64,000 nt of DNA, from assembly GCA_030141605.1 (NCBI GenBank), contig JAQGDQ010000058.1, positions 467,852-531,851 on the forward strand. Direction: 5' to 3'. Below the pieces are notes generated by a model that did no database searches, was not told the DNA's origin, and was given only the letters and a program-made list of their open reading frames with translations. The stretch comes from Tubiluchus corallicola (taxonomy: Eukaryota; Animalia; Priapulida). Of this stretch, positions 1 through 12,250 are shown piece by piece (position 1 is the first letter of the stretch; each line of letters begins with the position of its first letter). A program made the translations under genes and the position numbers.

Positions 1-958
1 AAGGTATACCTATGATCTAAACAATGAAACTTTTTTGATTGCGGACAGCAGTTCTACACAAACAAGGTTTCTTATTTTTCTTCAGTAGTCTTTCTTAACT
101 TCTTAGTACAAAGCTAGCTGACTTTTACCACCCATTTAAATAGAAGCTTAGGCCTGTCATAGACGAAGCTTGGGCGAACGGATGCAAGCATTGTCAATAA
201 AGAAAGTTGTGAAACACCAGTCAATTTTATAGCCTGGTTTCTTTATAGCAAAATCAAATCTAGAAAATTACGTGGTCAAATCGTAAATTACTAATTATTG
301 TGAATGGGAATTTTTAAAAACGTTCTGGGGCAAATATTTAAAGTTCATCATGAACTTACAACTCTTGCTTCGACATTTACGGTTGCTTTTCTCATGACCA
401 CATGTTCTGAACTTAATAAAAATCAATCATCTAAACGGCATGGGATTTTTTAGCAACTAACTAAGCGTAGCGGGTGCAGTGGAATATTGTGATGAAATTC
501 ATTACACAGCAGCGGGAGAAAGTTCAATGAGTTGTTTGTTAGACTTGGGAGCCAAGACAGGTGTTTAGAAGGGAAAGGCAGCAAAGAAGACTTGAAGAAC
601 ATCTAATGATTATTAATAACAAAATTTCAATGAAGTTATTATTGCTGTTGCAGCTAGTAACTAATATTGGTGTTATCATCATCGTCATCATGTTTCATTG
701 TTTCACCCTGCTTCGATTAATTGTTACCAATATTGCGAATGGGTACTCCTTCTCAACAAATTAGCTGTTAGCTTTCTTGTCGTTTCGCCTAAGATATTAA
801 ATCTACTAACTTTGTTTTTTAGCAGTTATCAGCGATTTTGAGATGTATTTATTTTCAGTGATAGGTAGGTGAGACCCATTTTAACGTAAGTAACTGTTAG
901 ATAATTCGCGAAAAGATTTCAAAGGTAGAATTAGACAAGAAAGTAGCTTATTACTTAC

Positions 959-1107
959 GGGTTCAGTGAAATTGTAATTATAATCCTTCAATGCACGCCG
1001 CTTAACCTCTTCAGCAAATTCATCCCATACTTCCCCCTTTGGTTTAGCTAATGTAATGATCATCAGCGATTCATAAGCTTTCTTTGCGTCTTCATCTCTG
1101 GTGTCAT
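959..1107 (-). CDS. Constant exon C2 of NPR-like receptor (guanylyl cyclase receptor family) ectodomain; gene continues beyond position 1
   Basis: Acceptor ctgttatgcag|AT at 1107 and donor CCC|gtaagt at 959. The 149 nt (phase 1 to 0) translate (N)DTRDEDAKKAYESLMIITLAKPKGEVWDEFAEEVKRRALKDYNYNFTEP, resembling the NPR ectodomain segment after the 'W.R.D' motif, in frame with C1. Confidence 0.85.
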
Positions 1108-1162
1108 CTGCATAACAGTTAAACAGTCGTGAATCAGTCCTGTAGTTATATATATATATATA

Positions 1163-1386
1163 TTAACTAAGTATTAACTAATGAACTAGTCGTATTTTTG
1201 AATAAACTATTTTAAGTTATTACATACTTGAACTAACTAATTGTATATCTCATCACTGCACATTATGGAAATACTGTGATCAGTAATAGTTACTGTGTTG
1301 TAAATCCACTCAAAATAAATAAAGTATAATAACTTAAAATAGTTTATTCAAAAATACGACTAGTTCATTAGTTAATACTTAATTAA
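1163..1386. repeat. Foldback/MITE-like inverted repeat, ~55-bp perfect arms
   Basis: 1168-1222 (taagtattaactaatgaactagtcgtatttttgaataaactattttaagttatta) is the exact reverse complement of 1327-1381; spacer ~105 nt. Confidence 0.85.
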
Positions 1387-2039
1387 AATTTACAAAACCC
1401 ATACAATAGATACGATAACAGAAACGATTCTCGAAGTACATAATCCTATAAGGCCATGCAAAGTACAAGTTGTGCATTGTAGTGTACAATGTTGCTACTT
1501 AATTCAGAACTCCAATACATGTGGAATTAATACAATTGATGTAGTATTACGGTTATTACAGCAGTACTAATAGTTGATTCTAGCATAAGTTGTTTATTAA
1601 TGAGTACTTGATTGAAAGACAGTCTAAATAATAACTTAAAATACAATTATACGTACAATCAGTTAACAAAACGTTTAGTGGACTTATGTAGTCTGCAACA
1701 ATTTGAAGAGAATGCCACTGGATGGATGACCTGATCTGAGTTTATGAAAAAAAATTTTGTATAATAGCAAGTCTAAGTTTGGCGTGTAATTCTTGAGTTA
1801 TGTACCGATAATAACAGAGCTGACCCAATAATAGTTCTTTGTATGTCATAGTTTGCGCACTCGAAAAAATGACGGCGGGGGGGGGTCTCAGTCGAATTGT
1901 TGCAACTACATGAGGGTGATCGATAATATTCCTGGAAAACAAATCACCTTTTAATGGCGAAAAATTGGCAATGAATTTATTAATTTCAATCTCATTACTT
2001 CGATCATCATTATAATTGGGGCATACTGATTTAGTATGA

Positions 2040-2160
2040 ACTCCCCATAGGTTCAACAATCTACTTTTAAAGGCAAATAGAGAAAGGAAAGACCTACAAT
2101 CTACTATTTGAATTGGTAAACTATTCCATAGGCGGCTGCCTTTTTGGAAAAAAAACATTA
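2040..2160 (-). mobile_element. 3' end relic of a CR1/L2-type LINE ORF2
   Basis: Translation RLWNSLPIQIVDCRSFLSLFAFKSRL resembles the 'WN.LP....SL..FK..L' C-terminus typical of CR1/L2 reverse transcriptase ORFs. Confidence 0.45.
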
Positions 2161-2641
2161 TACAACTGTCGCGTAGGTGTTAAAAGAAAAGAGGTCCTAC
2201 GTAATATAACATTATATTCGAGGAACTTCGTAGATGATCGTTGGGTTCATGGAGAAAGAGTTACACGAAAGCAGGCCGTAGTGTTTCTAAGAAACAACAG
2301 TAGTGACGACTATGATGAAGCCGACGGCTACAGCAACATCATCTATTCGAGCAATAATATGACAACACTAATAGTCAGCTAAGCGGTATAGGCCTAGTGA
2401 AATTGATAACACTACGAATAAGATAACAAAATAACACTGGGAACAATAAAGATCTATCAAAAGCAATAACTGAGAGAAAATCATAACAACAAAAGTAACG
2501 ATGACAACAGTGTCAATAATCAGTACCACCACAACAATAACAATTCCTATATAGTAGCTCCGACCTGTATATAAGAACTATGGCTACAGTACGATACTAT
2601 GAGAACTACTACTACACAACAACAAAGGCAATTCAGCGTAC

Positions 2642-2785
2642 TTCGTTTCCATGAAAAGTCGCCCCATGCTTCACTACGAAACAGCTCGATGGTAAGGAAA
2701 GCGTACTCTCCATTAGTCATACCGTGATCATAAGCGTGTAACATGAGTTGTCTAACATGATCACCTTCCGCCAATATAAGAATAA
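2642..2785 (-). CDS. Constant exon C1 of NPR-like receptor ectodomain
   Basis: Strong acceptor tttttacttcgttttcag|TT at 2785 and donor CGA A|gtacgc at 2642; 144 nt, phase 1 to 1. G+TT gives VILILAEGDHVRQLMLHAYDHGMTNGEYAFLTIELFRSEAWGDFSWKR, with the ANF_receptor 'R.LML.A...GM..GEY.F' motif. Confidence 0.9.
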
Positions 2786-2904
2786 CTGAAAACGAAGTAA
2801 AAATACTTGAGTTCACTATTCATCATTTTAGTTAATCTGCATCACACAGAACCAACGTGGCCGTCTTCCGCTTTGTGCTAACGCAAGAATTAATAAAAAT
2901 AAGT

Positions 2905-3078
2905 AAAACATAAACATGAACATGAACATGAACATGAACATGAACATGAACATGAACATGAACATGAACATGAACATGAACATGAACATGAACATGAACA
3001 TGAACATGAACATGAACATGAACATGAACATGAACATGAACATGAACATGAACATGAACATAAACATAAACATAAACA
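2905..3078. repeat. (ATGAAC)n hexanucleotide microsatellite
   Basis: Directly visible tandem ATGAAC with ATAAAC variants at both edges; explains the MFMF/HVHV/MNMN ORFs. Confidence 0.97.
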
Positions 3079-3219
3079 TTAATCATTCAGACAAAGCAAT
3101 ACATTTACGCGCTTTTTCATCCGCGCACGCACGCACGCATACACAAGAAAGGCATCAGTTACACAATTCTTAGAACAACTAGCGTAACGCTTAATCGAAG
3201 AAAGGGGTGTTGAAAAATT

Positions 3220-3296
3220 GTGAGCCAACTAGGTCTTGAATCTAAAATCATGCGCTTACAGGTCGTACACTCCACTATTTGACCAACTGGCTCAAC
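3220..3296 (-). other. tRNA-like (SINE head) relic
   Basis: Minus strand gagccagttggtcaaatagtggagtg...agattcaagacctagttggctc: paired ends with degenerate A-box and B-box-like motifs. Confidence 0.3.
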
Positions 3297-4191
3297 GTAG
3301 TAGGTCTGAATTTCCATCCTAATATGGTACGGTCAATCAGAGCAACCTAATTACGATAATACTGATATATCGCTTCTTTTTGAGTAGGCTTAGTACTGGG
3401 AGTTGACTTAACAAAATCTTGCTTTGTGTACGTGGGAGGGTATTCAAGTGACACGTATTCGAAAAGACATCATAGTCTTACACAATAATTAAATCTAACA
3501 GTTAATTAATTAAAAAGGAGGTGCTGAAAAATTACGAGGATACACGTATACACAGATTGGACTACTTACTCCCCTAGATTCTATTTGCATAAAATGACCG
3601 ATGGCTTTATCGTTGGCATATATTATGACAAATTTGCTAGTGTAGCTTAACCACACAGTGATACACAGAGTGTAACTGAACTGATCTTGGTGTTGTCGTG
3701 TACTATGATATTGACAAATGGGAGGCATTCACTAAAAGGGATTCCGAGAACCTAATATCTCAGCGAGTGTTATTCACGCAAATGACTGTGTAAGGCTCTA
3801 CAGGAAACTACGTTAATGACCCAACCATGGCCTTAAAAACAATCTTTTATTTAGTTAGAGGCAGTCATGTGACTAAAATTACTAGTAATGCATCTACGTC
3901 AGTAATAACTAGAATATAGCAGTCACAGTCAGATGATGATGATGATGGTGGTAGTGGTGGTGGTAACAAAAGTGCTGACTCGATTTATTTGTTTAATTAA
4001 TTTATTCGATTTAGTAAGTGGCGTCTTTTCAAAGCTTCCTATCAGCACACCAATGTATTTCAAAGTGTCGAGAAAGACCAAACTGAACATCTCACGAGTA
4101 AATAACATACTTATTTACAAACTTTTCTAGGTTATGAATACTTAGTTTACAAATTTTTGTGTCATAGCCTTGTCCCTATAGTTGTGCATAC

Positions 4192-4828
4192 CTCTAGCGT
4201 GCTGGCTAGCTTCTATAAGCAGTTTCTGTAAATCATAACTCCATTGTTTGTTATAAGAAATGCCATACCATAAGGCCTGGGATAACGTTCATCTTTCAAG
4301 ATGGCTTTGTATAATTGCTTGTCCTTCCTTCTGTTTTATAATTTCCGTAGTTTCATAGATAATGGCAATGCGATACCATTCAAACTGCTGCAAGAGTGAC
4401 ATGAAACAGTGCGAGTCACTTTTGACACTATATAACAGTCTTGACAGTGTGGGATAGTTATCTTTAACGTATATTGGATTACCAAGTCCTGTATACGTTG
4501 CCAAAGCACCTGATAACTCAACGTCTTCAGAACAAGATGGTCCAATGGCTACTTGCATTTTGTGCGCATACAGCTCACTCAATCCACCTACAGCTTTAGC
4601 TTGCTTGCACGATTGTTTCCAACAAACGTCCATCTTCTTGTAGCTGATACCAAACTGTCTTTCAGCTGTAGCTATGGCAACATCTATACCTGGACAATTT
4701 TGCTCATATCCAAATTGAAAGCCAGTTGCAGTTACATCCAAGTGTCCCATAATTATTATCAAGTCATGCTTACCTACTCCCAGGCATAAAAGTAAAGTTA
4801 TAACTACGATCAAAACACTTTCATTCGT
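4192..4828 (-). pseudogene. Variable cassette V1 (pseudo-exon): signal peptide + N-terminal ANF_receptor domain
   Basis: Clear paralogue of V2/V3. ATG is replaced by ACG (4828-4826), 18 nt are deleted, there is a +1 insertion near 4312, TGA at 4291-4289, and a TATGG duplication at 4263-4272. The donor GCT AGA G|gtatgc is intact at 4192. Confidence 0.8.
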
Positions 4829-6794
4829 CTCTCCAATATTTGCGTCAAGCGCTGTCAAATACTTCAGCGTCACTCAATCCTGAAGCCGCTCAAAATCCAG
4901 TGATGCCTATTAATTACCAGTATCGCCTTTTCAAGCACTGTAATGGTGTTGAAAGGTTTCAGAAAGTTCGCAAATATGTTTTGGGATAATCTTTGCTATC
5001 ATTGTTTAAGAGACATAAGCTATTTGCATCTTTGTCTTAATAATTCCATTTGCACTTTTATGCAGGGTATCAAAAAATTTAAACAAGAAACTTTTGCAAA
5101 GAATTTTTCTTCCAGCTGTCGAAATCATACATTCTTTATATCAATGAATATTAATTTTAAGTCTGCGTAATGCAGCTAGTTGTACAATATTGCCTTACCG
5201 CCACTCCGGAGTGAAGCTTTAACCTTTGGAGTAGAGGTGACGAAAAACATCATTGCTTTCAATTTTATTACAAAGTTTTATAGCGCAATCCTTGACAATA
5301 CAGCATAACATTAATAACAAATTTGATGATTTTGTCACACTGCTTCAATGCAAATTCTTAATTTTACTAAGAATGTAAAGTAATAAAATAATGCAACTGT
5401 ACAGCGTCTGCATTCGCCGGTTCCTTCTGTTTACTGTAAAATAGGCACGTTGAAAACCGTTGTCAGACCAACGTCATCTTCATAATCATCCTCATCGACC
5501 AATATGAAAACGTTACAAAAAAAGTTAAAAGGGTTAGTTAGAAAAGCAGAAAGGTGCAAAGCGGCGAGCCCATCACATTCAATATAATTGAACAAATGAA
5601 TAAAACCGACCACAACATTCCCGCTTAAAAACCATGGCAAGAAAATAGCCAACTGTGACAGAACTGAGGAGAACTGTTGTGCCCAGACAGAACAGTAACT
5701 AATAAAAAGGCAGTCACATAAATAGAAATATTTATTTCTGAGTATATTAACATCTAGAAACATACGACGAAAAATTCGAATCGTTGATGTATTCCTTCGT
5801 GTTTAAAAACACCAAACACCATCACCGTGACTGTTGTTTTTTATCTTTATTGTCCGAAATCTTCTTGTAATGTATTATTATGAAATGACGCTCTTGTTAT
5901 TCCCCTTCACTATATCAATTGCTATCACATTACGTCATTGCTTAATTGGTGTAAGCCAGGTTGTATTGGTGCAAGCCAGCTTGTTATTATCAATTTTATT
6001 ATTAATTTTTGTCATTTACTGAATTCATTATTACACTTGGTTGTACGTTTGCGCTATCATAATAACTATGATTCTCGCATCTTCTTCTTTTCTTTTCTCA
6101 TTTTAGCCATAACTTTTCTACCTACTGTTCTATATAGATTCTCCTCCTTTGTTTCTATTTCACATTCAGCCGCTCTTACAAGCTGTTATAAGCTTTTAGA
6201 ACTGCTGTAGTTATAATCATAAATAGATACTAATTAGTATCATTATACCTATTAGCTTGAAATATAATTATGCAATAATGTACATATGTGTAAAATGTAT
6301 GTTGCTATGATATACTATTGGTGTGAAATAAATAAATTGAAATAAATTTAAACTTGCAAACATTGAACGCATTTCACCCCTCACGATATCTGACAAATAA
6401 TTAGCTTTGTATAATGTTATTCGGAATATTGCTTTAGGGTCTTAATGAGAGGATTTATTTTACTAGCCGCCCTTTTCTTCCATGCCATCTTCATTGCCTA
6501 GATTCCGGAACTTAAACTAACGCCCACATGGGCATAGAGTCAAGTATCGCTAATAAAATCAAATAGTGGTATTTATTTTTACAATTTTAACTATGTACAT
6601 TGTTACGTTTACTGTTTGCATATACGATTAATCTTTTTAAGATGGTAAAATTAGTTTTACTTGATATAGTTGTTGTCTTATAAGATCTTGTGCTGATTTG
6701 ATATTATAATAACATTTTGAAATTCAGTCGAAAATTTCAAATATGTTATTTTTTAAACTATTCAACAATAATGAACTTATTGGATCAACAATAC

Positions 6795-7449
6795 CTCTGG
6801 CATATTCGCTAGCTTCTATAAGCAACTTTTCCAAATCATAATTCAGTTGTTTGTTATAAGAGATATGATATGGTCTGGGATAACGCCCGTCTTCCAAAAT
6901 CGCTTCAAACATTGCTTCACCTTGCTTCTTTTTTATGACTTCTGTAGTTTCATGGATAACAGCGCAGTGATACCAAAGAAACTCTTGCAAAATTGAAATG
7001 AAGAAATGTGCTTCGCTTTCCAGACTATACGACAGTCTCGACAACGTGGGGTATTTTTCCTTATCAAAGATTAAATCACCTAGGCCAGTATACATGGGAA
7101 GACTAAGAAACGACACCAGAGGACCTGATAATTCAATGTCTTCAGAACAAGAAGGCCCAATGGCCACTTGCATGTTATGATTGTAATACAAATCACCCAA
7201 GCCACCTAAAGCCGGAGCTTGCTTGCACCAGTGTTTCCAAAAGACGTCCATCTTCTTGTAAATGACGCCAAAATGTCTTTCGGCTGTAGCTATGGCAACA
7301 TCTATACCAGCACCATTTTGTTCATATCCAAACGGCAGGACAGTTGCAGTTACATCAAAGTGTCCAAGCGTTATTGTTATCATCCCATATTTGCCTGATA
7401 CAGAACACAGAAACAAATAAATAACTGCAATCAAAATGCTCTCATCCAT
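6795..7449 (-). CDS. Variable cassette V2: signal peptide + N-terminal ligand-binding region of NPR-like receptor
   Basis: ATG 7449, hydrophobic leader MDESILIAVIYLFLCSVSG, motifs IDVAI, WC, IGPSCS, YPTLSRL, F.W. 655 nt = 218 codons + 1; donor GCC AGA G|gtattg. Confidence 0.9.
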
Positions 7450-9729
7450 TCTAGCTGCTAGTTATCGTAGTAATCAATGTTTTATGCTGTGAAGCTTTCT
7501 GACACATCAAATATCGTAGAGCAGTTGGCATCATGAAAATCATATGACATCATTTTCAAGCTCGAGAGAATATTTATGACGACTTTATTTTATAGACATG
7601 CCAACGTGATTCTTAGTTTTGCATTAATTTTAATTTTAGTTGCTATTGTTATGGTTATATTTTCATTGATCAATTCACAATTGAGTATAATGACAATAAT
7701 GAAGTAACAATATAGAGCTCTAATGAAGGATGTTCTTTCTTTGATAATTCACCTTGATATTTCTGTTTGCATAAAATGTAGTCTTTGTAGCAAAAAATTG
7801 ATGAATTGGTAAGCAGAAGATAATGAAAGAACAAAGGAAATTAGCAAAAACTTTTTTTCTGTACAAACAATTTAGTTCACAAATTGTTAGTTTGTGACCC
7901 ACTAGATAAGCTGCTAATTAATTGATGTCACTCATTAGTAATTCTGTCATTACTTTTTATTGTTCTGGTTCAGCTTTTCAATTTTGTTACAACTAATAAA
8001 TCACGAGATTGCTGAAACCATGTATTTGCTCTCTGCACGCTGCAGTGGCCACGGCACGAAAACGAGGCTCTCGGGGGTCTTTTAAAATTAACAGAAACTA
8101 CAGCCAGCGTTATAAACTCACATTTTATTGCAACGTGGCGAAGAATCAACCCTCGAAGGTGTGACTAATTGTATTTTAATACAAACTTAAAAATATTTAA
8201 ATTACCACATAATATACGCGCATCAACTGCCTTGCTTAAAAATGCAAAAGAAATTTAAAGAATTAATATCTCCCGCCAAACAAATCTCGGTGCGGGCATA
8301 TTTTAAAAAAACGACGTAAGCTGGTGGATGGCACAAATGCGCGCACATCTTTGTATTTAAGTCTGCGTTTAAGTTCAAAATACGTAAATAGTATTATACA
8401 ATATAATTACAGATAATATGTAATTCTACGAGACTGCGAGTCTGCGTGGATGCAGAAAGTGTCGGCTTGTTTGCTTAGCTTATAGTGTTCAGTTTTAGCT
8501 TTTAAAATAATTATTCTGTTACTTTATCGGCGTTTACTAGCCGAGTGGGAGATTATTATACATGTATTATATTATTATCATTACAGTGGGCAACAGGGTT
8601 CGTCAAAAACCAAAAAATAGTATTAATAATCAACTTTTTTGTAGTTGGTAATATTAATATAATACAATAATGTAGATCGCTTAAGCACCTGGCAGGATAA
8701 GTATTTATGTTGCACAGTAACCGAATGAACCCCATTTTTTGTTCAAAATTTAAATCGATTTTACTAATTATACAAGGCGCTTATCACAGTTTTATTGCTG
8801 GAACTTTTTAACGTTTATCTCCTTTGTTAAAATAAGCTCGACTTCCCAAGAGCTTGGCTTTTGCTTTAAATGGTCAGATTTAGCAGAAGAAATGTGCTTA
8901 ACATTCATCTTGCTGTCATCTCAGATTAAAATGTGCAAAGTCAAGTAGTGAAGATCTTAAATACGTATCGCACAGTGAAAGAAACTGTGGAAATCAACGT
9001 GTACAGATGTTTTGCCTTTGCTAGTAAAACCAGTTCAAATAGATCAATTGATTCAATATTTTTAGAAGATATTACAAAGTTCCAATGAACTACAAACTTT
9101 TTGAAATAGTTTATTAACAGACGGAAGTCGTCTTGTAACCCATTTCACGACAGTGAGACATGGACGAGTTTATATGCATGTTTAAAATACCGTAATATAT
9201 ATCAACGCGGAACAAAATCGCTTCTGTTAAAAATCATGAGCATACTTTGCAGCTAAGTATGCTTTTTTCCTTGCTACAACCCACAATTATTACCCGTGCA
9301 AGATTGCAAGCTCTGTATTAATATGTTCCAAGTCTGCGGAACAGTATTAAGAGTGACCGCATATTTAACTTAATGAATGAATGAATGTTATGCAACTTAA
9401 AGTTTTCAAATTGATTTGAAGCTTATTTTGATCGCTTTGATTGGCTTTTTAAAACTAGGGTTCTTTAGGAATATACTCTCTCATTTGATAGAAATGATAG
9501 AAATAGTCTCTGACTTCTCTCTATTTAATTTGTCAGTTTTTTGCACATTCAAAATAATGAAATTAAAAAATCAACATTAATTAGCAACCATCAATTATTA
9601 TTTACAATTTTACCAATGCCATACGCCCAAAAGCTAGAACTTCAATCTACGTTCATTAAACCCAATAAACAGTTTATTATAGTTTTTGGTGTTAAATCAT
9701 TATAGCTTCCCATTCTTAAACAAACATAC

Positions 9730-10384
9730 CTCTGGCGTGTTCACTAGCCTCTGTAAGCAACTTTTCCAAATCGTAATTCCGTTGTTTGTTATAAGATATA
9801 TCATAAGGTCTGGGAAAAAGTCCGTTTTTCAAAAGAGACTCATACATAACTTGTCCTTCCTTCTTTCTTATAACTTCGGTTGTTTCACGAATACTGGCAA
9901 TATGGTACCAGCGAAATTTTCGTAAAACTGAGATGAAAAAATGCGATTCACTTTCCAGACTGTACGATAGTCTCGACAGCGTGGGATAGTTTTCCTTGTC
10001 GAAAATAAGATCTCCAAGTCCTGTATACATTGGTAGACTGAAATATGTTGCCAAAGGACCAGATAACTCAACGTCTTCAGAACAAGATGGCCCAATGACT
10101 ACTCGCATATTGTGCTTGTAATACAGCTCACTTAGCCCACCTACAGCTTGAACTTGTTTGCACCAATGTTCCCAATAGACATCCATCTTTTTGTAGATGA
10201 TACCAAACAGTTTTTCAGCTGTAGCTATGGCAACATCTATGCCCGGACCATTTTGCTCATATCCAAATGGAAGGACAGTTGCAGTTACATCAAAATGTCC
10301 CATTACTAGCGTTATTTCACTTTTGCCTGATACAGGGCAGCACAAAAGTAAGTAAACAACTGTGAGGAAAGCACTTTCACGCAT
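9730..10384 (-). CDS. Variable cassette V3
   Basis: ATG 10384, signal peptide, same motifs as V2. 655 nt = 218 codons + 1; donor GCC AGA G|gtatgt. Confidence 0.9.
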
Positions 10385-12250
10385 TTCTCCAAAATAATAG
10401 CTGTTAAAAATTTTACGTAACTCTGGCTCATTAGTTGGAAACCATTCAAAATTCAGTGATATTACTTGATATTACTTACTATTACTGATAAAATTAGACA
10501 CATTCACTTCACAGATTCGACATTGCACCTTGAAGTTGATTCAGGAAATTTATTATGACGCTATTTACTATGTTACACATGATCTACGAGTTTTATCTTG
10601 AATTTTTAATTCAAATTGATTGAGTATATTGACGATAACAACATAACAATGAAAGGCTTGATTGATTTATTTTCCCAACGCTTTATAAAGCCTATACATT
10701 TTATTCACTTTAATGTTCCTCTTCGTACGTAGAAAACTTGTGCGATGTGAGATATATTATGCATGTTTAATAAATCAAATCTTTTCAGACAAGGTAGACA
10801 CTAATGAAGGAACATTATTACACCTTATGAAGAATTCCCTTATGATTAAGTCATTATCTCTGGCATAGTTCTTCCGCAGTTTCATAACTTTACCATGTAC
10901 TCTGAGTTTTATGTGAAAACTTCGGAGCATGAATCCGGCCTCTAAACGATTCACTAATAACAAAAGCGGCGGCGTTCGTCCGCGGCTTTTGCGGCGGCAA
11001 GCAAGCTCTTGCGGCGCTGAGATCTGAGCCGAGCTGTTGCATTATGTACCGGGGGTGACCTTATGTATCAGGCGCCCATTAGATAATAACTCAGAATACT
11101 TGCCAGGATCGTTGTTAAATATAATTTCGCACAATCGCGAACAACTGAGCTTGTGTTTGCGATTTGAGACTTCAAAACCCATACTAGAATTAGAATTCAT
11201 TTTTATCTGTACGTTTGTAGCACATTAATCAATGATTTGGTTTAACAATTTTACAGTCTCGATAACATTGTATCATTAATGTGGTACAATGGTATATGGT
11301 AAAATGTGCTAATCTCGTACACTGGCATTGACAAAATTAACAAAATAGTAATTAGCATATGAACAGTCATCTCCTTTATTAATAAAGAAAAGGAAAAAAG
11401 TAGTCTATACTACTTTGTTATTTCTAGTAAATTCTAAAATTTCTTGTCCGACATTAATCCATTTGTGTACTAATAATTAAGTTAAAGATTTGTCTGCAAC
11501 TAGATACCTATTTATGTAAATATCTGTTTTAAAATAGAAGATTAATGACCATCTTCATTAACTAACGTCACCTTCAGGATCCCGTTACAATGACCAGTTT
11601 AAAAATAATTGTGGGTTTTGCACTTTTGCGTTGCCTTCCTTAGATAATATATTGCCTTTATGATTGTTATTTAACGTTAGTGTTTGTCGTGAGCAATTTG
11701 TTAGGTGCAAAACTATGAATCTTTTGCCAGGAAAAGGAAATAATTTCTACTCAGAAGCTCATTTGCAGCATCTGTTCTATACTATAATTATCGATATGGT
11801 TATTAAAATATCGCATAAAATAGTGTAGTTCTTATGCACGAATCTCCAAGTTATATATCTATACAGAATGGCCAATAGTGCAAGTAAGTACCTAACCTTT
11901 AGATGGGGCGGCACGAAAGTAAACCAAATGCAAAGAATGTATTTGTTTATAAAACATAGCAAAAGTAGCAGAAGACTTTACACGCACATATTGGAATATG
12001 TGCAAGCCTCGAGGCTCTCGCACAGCCCACTCATTGATGTTTATGACTAGAAAAGGGTGCAAATGCGGGGCCAATATCAAATTCAGGTTTCGATCAGGTC
12101 GATCCGACAGACGTTTCATGGGCTTCTCCTGTCAGCGAGTTTGTTTTCTTTGATTAGTACTCACGGGAGAAAATAAAAAAAAAACATTTGCAAGATGCTG
12201 TCGAGAACCCTGAATTGGATTCAGATCTCTTTCAGCTTTTTTCAGCCACA

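Noticed and set aside
1-30. Possible acceptor of the next constant exon (ttcattgtttag|ATCATAGGTATACCTT)
   Set aside because: Only 16 nt are visible and they do not clearly match the expected NPR segment; cannot be supported.
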